From an uncultured Spirochaetota bacterium (lineage in GTDB: Bacteria; Spirochaetota; Spirochaetia; SZUA-6; CAVTHK01), in contig CAVTHK010000001.1 of assembly GCA_963734495.1 (NCBI GenBank), positions 640,001-704,000 of the forward strand: a stretch of DNA of 64,000 nt, given 5' to 3'. Of this stretch, positions 26,846-36,736 are shown one piece after another (positions within the stretch are counted from its first letter, which is position 1; every line of letters begins with the position of its first letter). Under the pieces are notes generated by a model, which ran no database searches, was not told the DNA's origin, and saw nothing but the letters and a program-made list of their open reading frames with translations. Position numbers and translations under genes: made by a program.

Positions 26846-27952
26846 ATGAGGTTTACATGCGAGCGAGACGCCATCACCCGCGAGGTCACGATCGCGCAGG
26901 AGATCGTGTCCTCCCGCAACGTGATGTCCATCCTTTCCAACGTGCTCCTGGAGGCCGCGGACGCGAGCCTCGTGATCAAGGCCACTGACCTCAAGGTCAG
27001 CTTCGAGACGCGCATCGGGGTCGAAGTGAAGACGCCGGGCAGCGCCACGGTCTACTGCGACAAGCTGCTCGGGATCCTCAGGAGCCTTCCCGAAGGCGAG
27101 GTCGAGTTCGAGCTCGACAACGGGGGCATGCTGTTCATCCGGCCGCTCGGCAAGAAGATCGACTTCAAGCTCCGCAGCGTGGCCTCGGAGAAATACCCCG
27201 AGATCCAGAGCATCGGCGACGAGCGCTACTTCGAGTTCCCGCAGGCTGACTTCAACACCATGGTGGCCCACACCATCTTCGCGGTCTCCGACGACGAGAC
27301 CCGCTACTTCATGAACGGCGTGTTCGTGGAAAAGAGCGACGAGCGGTTCACCATGGTGGCCTCGGACGGAAGGCGTCTGTCCCATATCTCGAAGCCGATC
27401 GCGAAATCGGTCGAGGACATCAAGGGCGTAATCGTACCCCCGAAGATCCTGGCCATGATGCGCAAGCTGCTCCCCGGCGAGGGGAACCTCTCGCTGTGCA
27501 TCACCGACCGCAGCGTCTTCGTCCGCTTTGGAGAGCGAAGGCTTTCCTCGAGCCTGATCGACGGCCAGTTCCCGAATTATCGCCGGGTGATCCCGGAATC
27601 GCAGCAGTATCGCGCGACGGTCGAGAAGCAGCTGCTGGAAAACGCCCTCAAGCGCGTCTCCCTGCTCGTCGAGCAGAAGTCCCGCCGGATCTTCGTGGCG
27701 CTGGAGGAGGGGAACCTGGTCGTGAGCTCCGAGGAGAGCGAGATCGGGATGGCGCGGGAGGAGATCCCCTGCGAGTACTCGGGCCCGCAGGGCACGATCG
27801 CGTTGAACTACGTGTACCTGCTCGAGCCGCTGCGCGAGATCGATACCGACACCGTTTCGATCCAGTACACCGACGTGAACAAGGCGGTCACCCTGACTTC
27901 GATGCCCGAAAAGGACTACGTCCACATCGTCATGCCCATGCAGGCCAAGTAG
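26846..27952 (+). CDS. dnaN: DNA polymerase III beta clamp
   Basis: ILSNVLL, ATDL, FAVSDDETRYFMNG, ASDGRRL, LIDGQFPNY, IVMPM. Confidence 0.97.
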   Translation: MRFTCERDAITREVTIAQEIVSSRNVMSILSNVLLEAADASLVIKATDLKVSFETRIGVEVKTPGSATVYCDKLLGILRSLPEGEVEFELDNGGMLFIRPLGKKIDFKLRSVASEKYPEIQSIGDERYFEFPQADFNTMVAHTIFAVSDDETRYFMNGVFVEKSDERFTMVASDGRRLSHISKPIAKSVEDIKGVIVPPKILAMMRKLLPGEGNLSLCITDRSVFVRFGERRLSSSLIDGQFPNYRRVIPESQQYRATVEKQLLENALKRVSLLVEQKSRRIFVALEEGNLVVSSEESEIGMAREEIPCEYSGPQGTIALNYVYLLEPLREIDTDTVSIQYTDVNKAVTLTSMPEKDYVHIVMPMQAK

Positions 27953-27970
27953 CCGGCGATCCCGAGCCCG

Positions 27971-29056
27971 ATGGGAGTCCGCAGCGTCAGGCTCTTCAGG
28001 TTCCGCAACCTCGCCGACACCGAGGTTGCGGCGGAGGCGCGCGAGGTCTTTCTCGTCGGCGAGAACGGGCAGGGCAAGACCAACTTTCTCGAATCGATCT
28101 ACCTGCTGGCCTTCGGAGCCTCCTTCCGCACGCGGCATGAGAGCGAGCTGATCCGCCGCGGCGAGGCGGAGACAGCGGTCCTCGGCACCTACGCGGACAG
28201 CAGCGGCTCCCGGTCCGTCGCGGTGCGCGTGCGCCGCGACGGCAGGAAGGAGGTCCAGGTCGACGGGAAGCCGGTGGTCGACCGCAAGACCCTCGCCGAG
28301 AACGTCCCGCTGATCCTCTTCTGCCACGGCGACCTTGAGTTCGTCTCGGGACCGCCCGAGCAGCGCCGGTGGTTCTTCAACCAGACACAGAGCCTGTTTG
28401 ACGCGCTGCACATCGACGCGCTGCGACGCTATCGCCTCGTGCTCAAGAGCCGCAACCTGGCGCTCAAAGACGGCCGGCGGGACCTGGTCGACGTCTATGA
28501 CCCGCAGCTCGCAGCTGCCGGGATCGAGATCCAGCGCAGGCGGGCGGCCACCACCGCGGAGTTCAACCGCGCCTTCGGCCCGATCTTCGAGCGAGTCTCC
28601 TCGGGCGCAGAGGCCCTGAGCATCGCCTACAGCCCGAGCTGGCGCGACGGAAGCGTGGAAGGTGCGATGGAGGCCCTCGGCGCCTCCCGCCCGCGCGACG
28701 AAGCCCTTGCGACCACCACGACGGGCCCGCACCGGGACGACTTCCGCTTTCTGGCGGGGGGCAGGGACTACTCGCGGCTCGCCTCCACCGGGCAGGTCAG
28801 GCTGCTCGCTCTCGCCCTGCGCGTGGCGCAGGCGGCCTACGTGGCCGCCATGAGCCGCCGCTTGCCGGTCCTGCTGCTCGACGACGTCCTGCTCGAGCTG
28901 GATTCCGGCCACAGGGAGCGCTTTCTCGCGGCGCTGCCGGAGTACGAGCAGGCCTTCTTCACCTTCCTGCCGGACGAGCGGTTTCAAGCCTACCGGAAGC
29001 CCTCCACGGTGGTCTATACTGTCCGCGAAGGGGTCCTCACGCCTTGGAGCGGGTAG
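27971..29056 (+). CDS. recF: DNA replication and repair protein RecF
   Basis: FRN, GENGQGKTN, GPHRDD, STGQ, LLLDDVLLELD. Confidence 0.96.
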   Translation: MGVRSVRLFRFRNLADTEVAAEAREVFLVGENGQGKTNFLESIYLLAFGASFRTRHESELIRRGEAETAVLGTYADSSGSRSVAVRVRRDGRKEVQVDGKPVVDRKTLAENVPLILFCHGDLEFVSGPPEQRRWFFNQTQSLFDALHIDALRRYRLVLKSRNLALKDGRRDLVDVYDPQLAAAGIEIQRRRAATTAEFNRAFGPIFERVSSGAEALSIAYSPSWRDGSVEGAMEALGASRPRDEALATTTTGPHRDDFRFLAGGRDYSRLASTGQVRLLALALRVAQAAYVAAMSRRLPVLLLDDVLLELDSGHRERFLAALPEYEQAFFTFLPDERFQAYRKPSTVVYTVREGVLTPWSG

Positions 29057-29346
29057 GAGAGATCCTCAAAACTCTTCTCGATCCCGAGACCGCGAAGACG
29101 GCCGAGATGTGGCACAGGTTCTTCGCTGCGTGGGCCGACCTGGTAGGGCCGGACCTGGCCGGTATCGCGCGCCTGGTCGAGGTCGAACGCGGCGAAGCGG
29201 TGGTCCAGGTCGAGCACCCCGCCGCGTCCCAGCTGCTCGGACTGCGCCGCGACGAGGTGCTGGCGAGGATCCGGCGCGACTTTCCGGAGGCGGACGTGCG
29301 CGGGCTGCGGGTCCAGGTGCGGCCGCCGGGCGGCCGGCCGCGCTGA
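29044..29346 (+). CDS. dciA: DUF721/DciA family protein
   Basis: WADLVGPDLA motif, about 100 aa, directly after recF. Confidence 0.7.
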   Translation: MERVGEILKTLLDPETAKTAEMWHRFFAAWADLVGPDLAGIARLVEVERGEAVVQVEHPAASQLLGLRRDEVLARIRRDFPEADVRGLRVQVRPPGGRPR

Positions 29347-29363
29347 GGCCACTCGAGGCTGCG

Positions 29364-29392
29364 TTGACAGCCTTTGCGGCTTCCCGTATATT
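29364..29392 (+). promoter_or_regulatory. sigma70 promoter of the rpmH operon
   Basis: TTGACA-N17-TATATT. Confidence 0.82.
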
Positions 29393-29504
29393 GGGGCCGC
29401 CGTAGCGAGCCGGCGTCGCGGCGCCAAAAAGAGTTACTCGGCGCGCCCAACCGGTTCTCCGTGACTTTCCGCGCCACGAGCACAGCCCGAGGAGCTGAAG
29501 AGTT

Positions 29505-29660
29505 ATGAAGCGCACGTTTCAGCCGAGCCGTACGAGACGCCGACGCACGTTCGGGTTCCGCGCGAGGATGCACACAAAGGGAGGCAGGCTTGTCCTGAAG
29601 CGCAGGCGCGCGAAGGGCAGGATCAAGCTCACTGTCTCCGATGAGCACAAGCCGTACTGA
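29505..29660 (+). CDS. rpmH: 50S ribosomal protein L34 (51 aa, absent from the ORF track)
   Basis: [51 protein letters not shown]. Confidence 0.97.
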   Translation: MKRTFQPSRTRRRRTFGFRARMHTKGGRLVLKRRRAKGRIKLTVSDEHKPY

Positions 29661-30024
29661 ACAACAGCCGGCCGGCCGCTCGAGGCTGCGCCTGAGAAGA
29701 GCCCAGCGCATCAGGGGGCGCTCCGCGGTCACAACGGTGTTCCGCCGCTCGCAGCGCGTGGGCGGCGACGACATGGCCCTCCTCTATCGTTCGAACGGCC
29801 TCCCGGGGACGCGTGTCCTCGTCAGCGCGCGGCGCGGATTCGATGGCGCTGTCGAGAGAAACCGCGAGCGCCGAAGGGTCAAAGAGATCTACAGGCAGAT
29901 CATGCCGCGCCTGCGCGCGGGTTACGACATTGCGGTCGTTGTCACCCCACCTCCCCGCAGTTTCGCAGTCCGGAGCGCGCAGCTCGAGTCGCTCCTGCGC
30001 CGGGCTGGCCTTCTGCTTTTCTGA
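29641..30024 (+). CDS. rnpA: Ribonuclease P protein component
   Basis: [13 protein letters not shown] (RNR motif), GYDIAVV; follows rpmH. Confidence 0.9.
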   Translation: MSTSRTEQQPAGRSRLRLRRAQRIRGRSAVTTVFRRSQRVGGDDMALLYRSNGLPGTRVLVSARRGFDGAVERNRERRRVKEIYRQIMPRLRAGYDIAVVVTPPPRSFAVRSAQLESLLRRAGLLLF

Positions 30025-30108
30025 CGGGGAGCTGATCCGCCCGGGCGAAGGCCGGGCGGCGACCGCCAATCACTCGCCGGATCGCGGCGGATCGGAGTCT
30101 GGAAGCAA

Positions 30109-31875
30109 ATGGACAAGAGAACGATCATAGCAGTCGTGCTCTCCGTGATCATCATCACGGCGAGCTTCGTCATCCAGTCGATGTTCTTTCCGAGCACGGT
30201 GCCGCAGCCGCGGCCCGCCGCGCCGGCGGCCGCTCCCGCGGCCTCCACCGGGCCGCAGGCCGTCCCGTCCGCGGCGGCCGCGCCCGTTGCCGCGCCGGGG
30301 ACGGCGGCCGCGCCGATCGCCGCGGCGCCGCCCGCCGCCGAGGTCGCGCCGGTCAAGAACGTGACTCTTTCGACCAACGCGTTCGATGCCACGTTCTCCA
30401 CGCGGGGCGCGGTGCTCACCTCGCTCAAGCTCAAGGCCTTCAAGGAGCGCGACGGCAGCCCCGTCGAGATGGTGATGTCGGGCGAGACCGGGATCTACCC
30501 CTACCGGCTCCTGCTCGACGGCTACGACACCGGCAAGGACGTCTTCGTCCAGGACCAGGTGCTGCAGCCGGATCGCCTTCAGTTTTCCAAAGCCTACGTG
30601 TTCACCAGGGACGGCCGGCAGGTCACGGTCACCGTGAGGAAGACCTTCGTCTTCAAGCGGAACGACTACATGATGCAGTTCCGCGTTTCGCTGGAGTCTG
30701 CGGACCGGACGGACCTGCCCCTCAAGGCTTACAGCTTCGCTTTCGGGCCGCAGATCGGCCCCCCTTTCAAGAAGCTGGACGAGCGCAGCGAGTACCGCCA
30801 CCTGATCTACTTCGACTCGAACGGGAAGCGCCAGGACTACACCACCAAGGTCAAGGGGCTCAAGGCGATCGGCGACCGGCGGGCCAGCTGGGCGGCGATC
30901 GAAGGCAAGTACTTCATCGTGATCGGGATCCCGAGCGTGAGCGACGTCGACGCCTTCGAGACCGGGTTCGACAACACGCCGGTCGCCGGGCTGCCGGACC
31001 GGAAGCAGGACAGCCTGACCTACGCGAGACAGGTGGGGCGCGGCGCCGCGCTCGACGAGGGCTTCAAGTTCTACGTCGGGCCCAAGAAGCGCGACGTCCT
31101 CCAGCGCTATGACGACGCGGACAAGAACGAGTGGCGCGACTACGGCCTCAAGCTCGAGGAGGCCGTGCCCTCCAGCTTCTGGGGCTGGCTTTCCGACGCC
31201 CTCAAGTGGATGCTGGAGACGCTGTACAGGCTGATCCCCAACTGGGGCGTCGCCATCATCCTGCTCACCATCCTGATCAAGATCGTTTTCTGGCCGCTCA
31301 CGCAGAAGAGCTACGAGTCGACGAGCAAGATGCAGGCGCTCGGGCCGAAGCTCACGGAGCTGCGCGAAAAGTTCAAGGACAACCCGCAGCGGATGAACCA
31401 GGAGACCGCCGCGCTGTACAAGCGGGAGGGGGTCAACCCTCTCGGCGGCTGCCTGCCGCTGCTGTTGCAGATGCCGATCTTCTTCGCGCTCTACCGCCTG
31501 TTCAACGACTACTTCGAGCTGCGCGGTGCCGCGTTCATCGCGGGCTGGATCCCCGACCTCTCGGGGCCGGAACAGTTCCTCACCCTCCCCTTCGCCATTC
31601 CCTTCCTCGGCAACACCCTGAACCTGCTGCCGTTCCTCATGACGGGAATGACGTTCCTGCAGCAGCTCGTCACGCAGACCCCGGGGACCCAGCCCACAGG
31701 GCAGACCAAGCTGCTCCTCTACGGCATGCCGCTGTTCTTCTTCTTCATCATGTACAACATGCCCTCGGGCCTCCTGCTGTACTGGACGGTGCAGAGCCTG
31801 CTGAGCTTCGTGCAGCAGTTCTACATCAATCAGCAGCGAATGAAGTCCCGCAGCGGGACAGGAGATAAGCGATGA
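30109..31875 (+). CDS. yidC: Membrane protein insertase YidC
   Basis: YVGPK, NWGVAIILLT, NPLGGCLPLLLQMPIFFALY, PSGLLLYW. Confidence 0.96.
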   Translation: MDKRTIIAVVLSVIIITASFVIQSMFFPSTVPQPRPAAPAAAPAASTGPQAVPSAAAAPVAAPGTAAAPIAAAPPAAEVAPVKNVTLSTNAFDATFSTRGAVLTSLKLKAFKERDGSPVEMVMSGETGIYPYRLLLDGYDTGKDVFVQDQVLQPDRLQFSKAYVFTRDGRQVTVTVRKTFVFKRNDYMMQFRVSLESADRTDLPLKAYSFAFGPQIGPPFKKLDERSEYRHLIYFDSNGKRQDYTTKVKGLKAIGDRRASWAAIEGKYFIVIGIPSVSDVDAFETGFDNTPVAGLPDRKQDSLTYARQVGRGAALDEGFKFYVGPKKRDVLQRYDDADKNEWRDYGLKLEEAVPSSFWGWLSDALKWMLETLYRLIPNWGVAIILLTILIKIVFWPLTQKSYESTSKMQALGPKLTELREKFKDNPQRMNQETAALYKREGVNPLGGCLPLLLQMPIFFALYRLFNDYFELRGAAFIAGWIPDLSGPEQFLTLPFAIPFLGNTLNLLPFLMTGMTFLQQLVTQTPGTQPTGQTKLLLYGMPLFFFFIMYNMPSGLLLYWTVQSLLSFVQQFYINQQRMKSRSGTGDKR

Positions 31876-32588
31876 TACGAGAGTTCGAGGGCAAGACGGA
31901 GAAGGAGGCCATCGACAAGGCCATCGAGAGCCTCGGGCTGAACCGGGACGAGATCGACATCGAGATCGTCGAGGCCAAGAAGGGGCTGCTGTTCGGAAAG
32001 GGCAAGGTCCGGATCAAGGTGCACGTCGGCGACGAGCAGGACGAGAGCGTCCCGGGCGACGGCGGCGGCGAGGACGAGCTCGACGAGCGGCCGCCGATGC
32101 AGAAGCAGGACCTCACGCCCGAAGGCGAGACCGAGCCCAAGATGCTCGAGTTCCTCCAGGGCGTCATCGAGCGCATGGGCTACGCCTGCAGGCTCACCCT
32201 GAGCGGCCGCGAAAAGGACCGCATCGTGATCGATATCGCGAGCGAGGCGAGCGGCATGATCATCGGCCGCAAGGGCAAGAACCTCGACGCCCTGCAGGTG
32301 CTCTGCAACGTGTACGCGGGCCGGATCGCCGGCCGCCACTACAAGGTCGTCCTCGATGCCGAGGACTACCGCAGCCGCCGCGAGCAGAGCCTGGTGCAGC
32401 TCGCCAAGCGGACGGGCGAGCAGGTGCGCCGCACGCGGGGCTCGAAGCTGCTGGAGGCGATGAACCCCTTTGAGCGCCGCGTGATCCACACAACCCTCAG
32501 CGGCATGAGGGACGTGGCGACCATCAGCGAAGGCGAGGGTCTGTACAAGAAGGTGCGGGTCTTCTACCGCGAGCCTGGCGAAGGCTGA
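31872..32588 (+). CDS. jag: Jag/EloR (KhpB) RNA-binding protein
   Basis: Jag_N, KH (IIGRKGKNLDALQ), R3H (ERRVIH). Confidence 0.94.
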   Translation: MIREFEGKTEKEAIDKAIESLGLNRDEIDIEIVEAKKGLLFGKGKVRIKVHVGDEQDESVPGDGGGEDELDERPPMQKQDLTPEGETEPKMLEFLQGVIERMGYACRLTLSGREKDRIVIDIASEASGMIIGRKGKNLDALQVLCNVYAGRIAGRHYKVVLDAEDYRSRREQSLVQLAKRTGEQVRRTRGSKLLEAMNPFERRVIHTTLSGMRDVATISEGEGLYKKVRVFYREPGEG

Positions 32589-32680
32589 GCGCCCGGGCGG
32601 GCAGGCGCCGGCGGGTCGTGGGCGCGACATGCGCCCCGCGCCGGACCGGCGCGGCCGGTCGGGCAAACTGGGAGGTTGCG

Positions 32681-33178
32681 ATGAGAACAAGAGTGATCTT
32701 TGCCGTGGTCCTGGGGCTGCTCGCGAGCGCCGCGCTGCTTCCGGCCCAGTCCGGAGTAGGCCTCGGTCTCTTCGGGGGGATGACGCTGCCCCATGGGGAG
32801 ACGACGGACATCCCGTCGAGCAACTGGGAGCCGGCCTTCAACTGGGGCTTTTTTGTCGACATTCCGCTGGTTCAGGCCTTCCACATTGCGACGTCCTCCG
32901 AGCTCTACACCCTCGGCAGCGACGCGGCGACGGACATGGCGCTCTCCTTCAAGTTCATAGTCCCCCTGTCCAGCTTCGATCTCTACGCGGGCGTCGTTTC
33001 GGGTCTCACCGCCGTGGGCGACACCATCGCGCCGCACGTCGGCGTGCTCGTGGGCGGAGCCTGGATCCTCGTGAGCAACCTGGACGCCTTTGTTCAGGGC
33101 AAGTACAACGTCGTCCTGGACGGGAGCGAGAACATCCGCGTCCTTCACGTGAATGCAGGGGTGATCTTCCGCTTCTGA
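32681..33178 (+). CDS. Small outer-membrane beta-barrel protein
   Basis: Signal peptide, alternating amphipathic strands, C-terminal GVIFRF; Shine-Dalgarno GGAGG. Confidence 0.65.
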   Translation: MRTRVIFAVVLGLLASAALLPAQSGVGLGLFGGMTLPHGETTDIPSSNWEPAFNWGFFVDIPLVQAFHIATSSELYTLGSDAATDMALSFKFIVPLSSFDLYAGVVSGLTAVGDTIAPHVGVLVGGAWILVSNLDAFVQGKYNVVLDGSENIRVLHVNAGVIFRF

Positions 33179-33239
33179 CGCGCGGCCAGGCCCGGCGAGG
33201 CGCGGAGGGCGATCCGCGCGGCTGCCCCCAGAATCCGCT

Positions 33240-34226
33240 CTACCAGAGCTGGTGCACGAGCGGCATGGCCCGTTTCTCGTACACGCGGCGAACGCCCTCC
33301 ATCTGCGCGGCTGTGAGCGGCGGGAGGTCGGAGGCTCGCACGTTGGCGGCCGCCTGCTCCACGCGGCTCGCGCCCGGGATGACGCAGCTGACCTCGGGGA
33401 ACATCAGGATCCAGCGCAGGGCGTATTCCGGCAGGCGATCCGCCCCCCGGAAGAGCGCCTTGAGCTCCTCCACCGCGGCAAGGCCCGTCTCGTAGTCCAC
33501 CCCCGAAAAGGTCTCGCCTTTGTCGAAGCGCTCGCCGTTGCGGTTGAATGCGCGGTGGTCGCTCGCCCCGAACTGCGAGTCCCGGGTGAGCCTGCCCGCG
33601 AGCAGCCCGCTCGCCAACGGCACGCGCACGATGATGCCGACGTTCTTCTGCTTCGCCCTCGGGAACAAGAGCTCCGCCGGCCTCTGGCGGAACATGTTGA
33701 AGATGACCTGGACGGTGGCGACGCCCGGGAACTCGATCGCCTTGAGCCCCTCCTCGATCTTCTCGACGCTGACGCCGTAGGCCCTTATCTTGCCCTCGGC
33801 CTTGAGCCTGTCGAGCGCCTCGAAGACCGCCGGGTTGTAGTAGACGGGCGTAGGCGGGCAGTGGAGCTGGATCAGGTCCAGAGCGTCGCAGCCAGTGTTG
33901 CGCAGGCTGTCTTCGACGAAGCCGCGTATGTTGTCCGGCGTGTACCCCTCGGCCTCGTGCGGGTTCAACCGCCGGCCGCACTTGGTGGCGAAGCGCACCT
34001 TGCCGCGGTAACCGCGCACGACCCGCCCGACGACGCGCTCGCTCATTCCTCCGCCGTAGACATCGGCGGTGTCCACGAACGTGACGCCGCTTTCGATCGC
34101 CTTGGCGAGCGTCTCCTCCGCCGTCTTCTCGTTGAAGGGCTCGCCCCACTTGCCCCCGATCTGCCAGGCGCCGAGCGAGATCTCGGACACTTCGTAGCCG
34201 GTCTTGCCGAGAATCCTGTACTTCAT
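33240..34226 (-). CDS. Aldo/keto reductase
   Basis: LGKTGYEVSEISLG, DTADVYG, DLIQLH, PLASGLL. Confidence 0.92.
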   Translation of the reverse strand: MKYRILGKTGYEVSEISLGAWQIGGKWGEPFNEKTAEETLAKAIESGVTFVDTADVYGGGMSERVVGRVVRGYRGKVRFATKCGRRLNPHEAEGYTPDNIRGFVEDSLRNTGCDALDLIQLHCPPTPVYYNPAVFEALDRLKAEGKIRAYGVSVEKIEEGLKAIEFPGVATVQVIFNMFRQRPAELLFPRAKQKNVGIIVRVPLASGLLAGRLTRDSQFGASDHRAFNRNGERFDKGETFSGVDYETGLAAVEELKALFRGADRLPEYALRWILMFPEVSCVIPGASRVEQAAANVRASDLPPLTAAQMEGVRRVYEKRAMPLVHQLW

Positions 34227-34320
34227 CCCTGCTCCTCCCCTGAGCAGGCCCGCGGGCTCGCGGGCCCGATCCACCGTTGTCGCGAGACCACGGCGCGCGC
34301 CCTCGCGAGGCGCTCTGCCG

Positions 34321-35232
34321 TCAGGCCGGCTTCGGCGCTTCCGCGCTGACGCGGTCCAGGGCCGCGAGCTCCTCGGCGCCGAGGCGCGCGTCCGCGGCCG
34401 CCAGGTGCTCGCGCACCTGCTGCGGGCTCTTGGCGCCGACCAGCACGCACGACACCTCGGCGCGCGAGAGACACCAGGCGATCGCGAGCTGCACGAGCGA
34501 GAGGCCCCGCGCCGCCGCCACTTCGCCGGCACGGCCGGCAGCCGCGATGGTGCGGGCGAACAGCTCCCCCTGGAAGCGGGGAAAACGCGAGCGCTCGTCG
34601 TCCTCGGCAAACCTGTGGCCCGGCGCGTAGCGTCCCGTGAGCAGCCCCTTGGCGAGGGGGCTGTGGACCAGGACGCCGATGCCCGAGCGCGCGCAGAAGC
34701 CCAGGTCCTCGCTCTCTATGTCGCGGTCGAAGAGATTGTACCTGACCTGGTTGGACACGACGGGCGCGCAGCGCAGCGCCTCCGACATCTGCGGCGCCTT
34801 GTAGTTGGAAACCCCGATCCAGCGGATCTTCCCCTGCTCCTGGAGCCGCACCAGAGTCTCCATGGCCGCCTGGATCGAGAACTCGGGCTTGAAGCTGTGG
34901 ATCTGGTAGAGGTCGACCCGGTCGGTCCTGAGCGCCGCGAGGCTCGCCTCGAGCGCCGCGGAGATCCCGGCGGGCGAGTAGTCGAAGCTCGCCTTGGTCG
35001 CGAGGAAGCAGCGCTCGCGCCTCCCGCCCGAAAGCGCCTTGCCGATCAGCGCCTCGCTGCCGCGATAGGCCTGGGCCGTATCGACGAGCGTGATGCCCGC
35101 GTCGAGGGCGGCGTGCACCGTGGCGATTGCCGTGCGCTCGTCGACGCCGCCCATTCCGCCGCCGATGGGCCACGCGCCGAAGCCCAGCACCGGGACCTCC
35201 GGCCCCTTGTCCCCCAAACGCCTGGTACGCAA
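34321..35232 (-). CDS. Aldo/keto reductase
   Basis: DTAQAY, DLYQIH, GKIRWIGVSN, SPLAKGLLTG. Confidence 0.92.
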   Translation of the reverse strand: MRTRRLGDKGPEVPVLGFGAWPIGGGMGGVDERTAIATVHAALDAGITLVDTAQAYRGSEALIGKALSGGRRERCFLATKASFDYSPAGISAALEASLAALRTDRVDLYQIHSFKPEFSIQAAMETLVRLQEQGKIRWIGVSNYKAPQMSEALRCAPVVSNQVRYNLFDRDIESEDLGFCARSGIGVLVHSPLAKGLLTGRYAPGHRFAEDDERSRFPRFQGELFARTIAAAGRAGEVAAARGLSLVQLAIAWCLSRAEVSCVLVGAKSPQQVREHLAAADARLGAEELAALDRVSAEAPKPA

Positions 35233-35337
35233 CTCTCCCTCCGGCGAATCGAATGATAAGCAGCGGCATGGCCGGGGGCAAGAACGATCTTTCGAGGGGC
35301 CTTTCCAGCGGTCCGGTCCCCGGATATATCTTGAAGA

Positions 35338-35648
35338 ATGAAGGCATGCAAGCAGCCGACCATCGCCGCATCGGCCTGGGTCGCGGACACGGCGACCGTC
35401 CGTGCCGACGTGACGCTGTCGCCCGACGCGAGCGTCTGGTTCGGGGCCGTGCTGCGGGGCGATGAGGCGTCGATCCTTGTCGGATCGAGGAGCAACATCC
35501 AGGGATGCGGATCCCGCCGGGCATGCTCGCAGTCGGGGTCCCGGCCGTCATCCGGGGCCCCCTCACCGAAGAGCAGAAGCAGGCGATCATCAGGGGCCGC
35601 GACCACTACCTCGAGCGCAAGGAGCAGTACAGGCGCGGCGAGTACTGA
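35338..35648 (+). pseudogene. Gamma-carbonic anhydrase family gene with internal deletion and frameshift
   Basis: SVWFGAVLRGD...VGSRSNIQ jumps out of frame to RIPPGMLAVGVPAVIRGPLTEE...Y*; the central His-containing hexapeptide repeats are missing. Confidence 0.75.
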
Positions 35649-35664
35649 TGCGCCCCGGCGGCGC

Positions 35665-36186
35665 TCAGCCGCCGAGGAGCGAGCGGATCCTCGCCGTGTC
35701 CAGATCCCCGGCCGCGCCCCACCCCGCTTTGCCGCGGGGGATGGCGGGCCGGAACTGCTCGTAGAGCCCGTAGGCCCGCTCCGCGAGCTCCTCGGGGGCA
35801 AAGGCGGCGGCAAGATCCTCCATCGCCGCCCTTGCCTCGGCGAGGCCGTCGCCGAACTTCGACGCCAGGTACGCGCGCACGCCCTCGGCCTCGACGCGCT
35901 TGTCCCTGACCACGGCGCGGACCCCGGCGGCCGTGCGCTTGACCGGGACGCTGCGGCCGAGAAGCGGCACCCACCCCTCCTCGCCGAGGCCCGCGCGCAG
36001 CGCCGGCTCGCCGTCCGGCCCGGTTGCAGGCTCGTAGATCCCGAGGGTGCGGCCCTTGGCCTGCGCGTTCAGTCCCGCCACGACCTTGCCGAGTGAAAGC
36101 GCCGCATCGGCGTCGTAGCCGAGCTTTTCCGCCACGACCGCGGCCCACAGCGTCATCACGGGAGCGCGGTTGATCTTGATGATCAT
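35665..36186 (-). CDS. Hypothetical protein
   Basis: 173-aa ORF with genome-like codon usage (INRAPVMTLWAAVVAE...YEQFRP...GWGA). Confidence 0.7.
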   Translation of the reverse strand: MIIKINRAPVMTLWAAVVAEKLGYDADAALSLGKVVAGLNAQAKGRTLGIYEPATGPDGEPALRAGLGEEGWVPLLGRSVPVKRTAAGVRAVVRDKRVEAEGVRAYLASKFGDGLAEARAAMEDLAAAFAPEELAERAYGLYEQFRPAIPRGKAGWGAAGDLDTARIRSLLGG

Positions 36187-36240
36187 CGACTCGAGTGTTC
36201 TGCCTCGGGCGAGGCGCTGTCAACGCGACGCCCCGTAGGA

Positions 36241-36573
36241 TCAGCCGCGGCGATCTGGCCTCCGGGGCCGCAGGTAGCTCCTGAAGGCGCCGGGCGAGCG
36301 GTCCCCGAGGCCGGCCATCACGTGCTCGACGGCGGTGACGTACTGGTCGTAGCGGATCACGAGCCTGCGGTGCAGGGACATCTCGGCAACGACGCGGCGG
36401 GTTTTCGCCTCCGGAAGAAGCTCGAGGACATCGGCGCGGTCCCGGTCGCCCATATACATCATGGAAAGCGCGATCTCCCGATCGCCCAGCCGCATCAGGC
36501 AGTTCTGCGCGGCCACTGGCGGGAGGGAGCGGAGGGCCGCGACGAGGCGGTCGTTGGGTGACTGCGGCCTCAC
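36241..36573 (-). CDS. Hypothetical protein, weak FliG C-terminal-like similarity
   Basis: LMRLGDREIALSM...VLELLPEAKTRRVVAEM. Confidence 0.5.
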   Translation of the reverse strand: MRPQSPNDRLVAALRSLPPVAAQNCLMRLGDREIALSMMYMGDRDRADVLELLPEAKTRRVVAEMSLHRRLVIRYDQYVTAVEHVMAGLGDRSPGAFRSYLRPRRPDRRG

Positions 36574-36736
36574 GGCGCCAATCTACGACGACGGGACCGA
36601 CCGTGGCCAGGGCCGATCGCAGGACGCCCGGGCGAGGTTGACGAGACGGCGGCTTAGCGTGTATCCCCATTGCGGCCGCCCGGCCCCCGAAGGGGGCTTG
36701 GGACCTGGCGCAGACGCGAAGTCATAGGAGGAGAGC

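Noticed and set aside
30025-30108. Missing yidD between rnpA and yidC
   Set aside because: The rpmH-rnpA-yidC-jag order without yidD is, to my knowledge, ordinary in spirochaetes.
33141-33156. Second parS-like sequence TCCTTCACGTGAATGC
   Set aside because: Only 11/16 match and inside a coding region.
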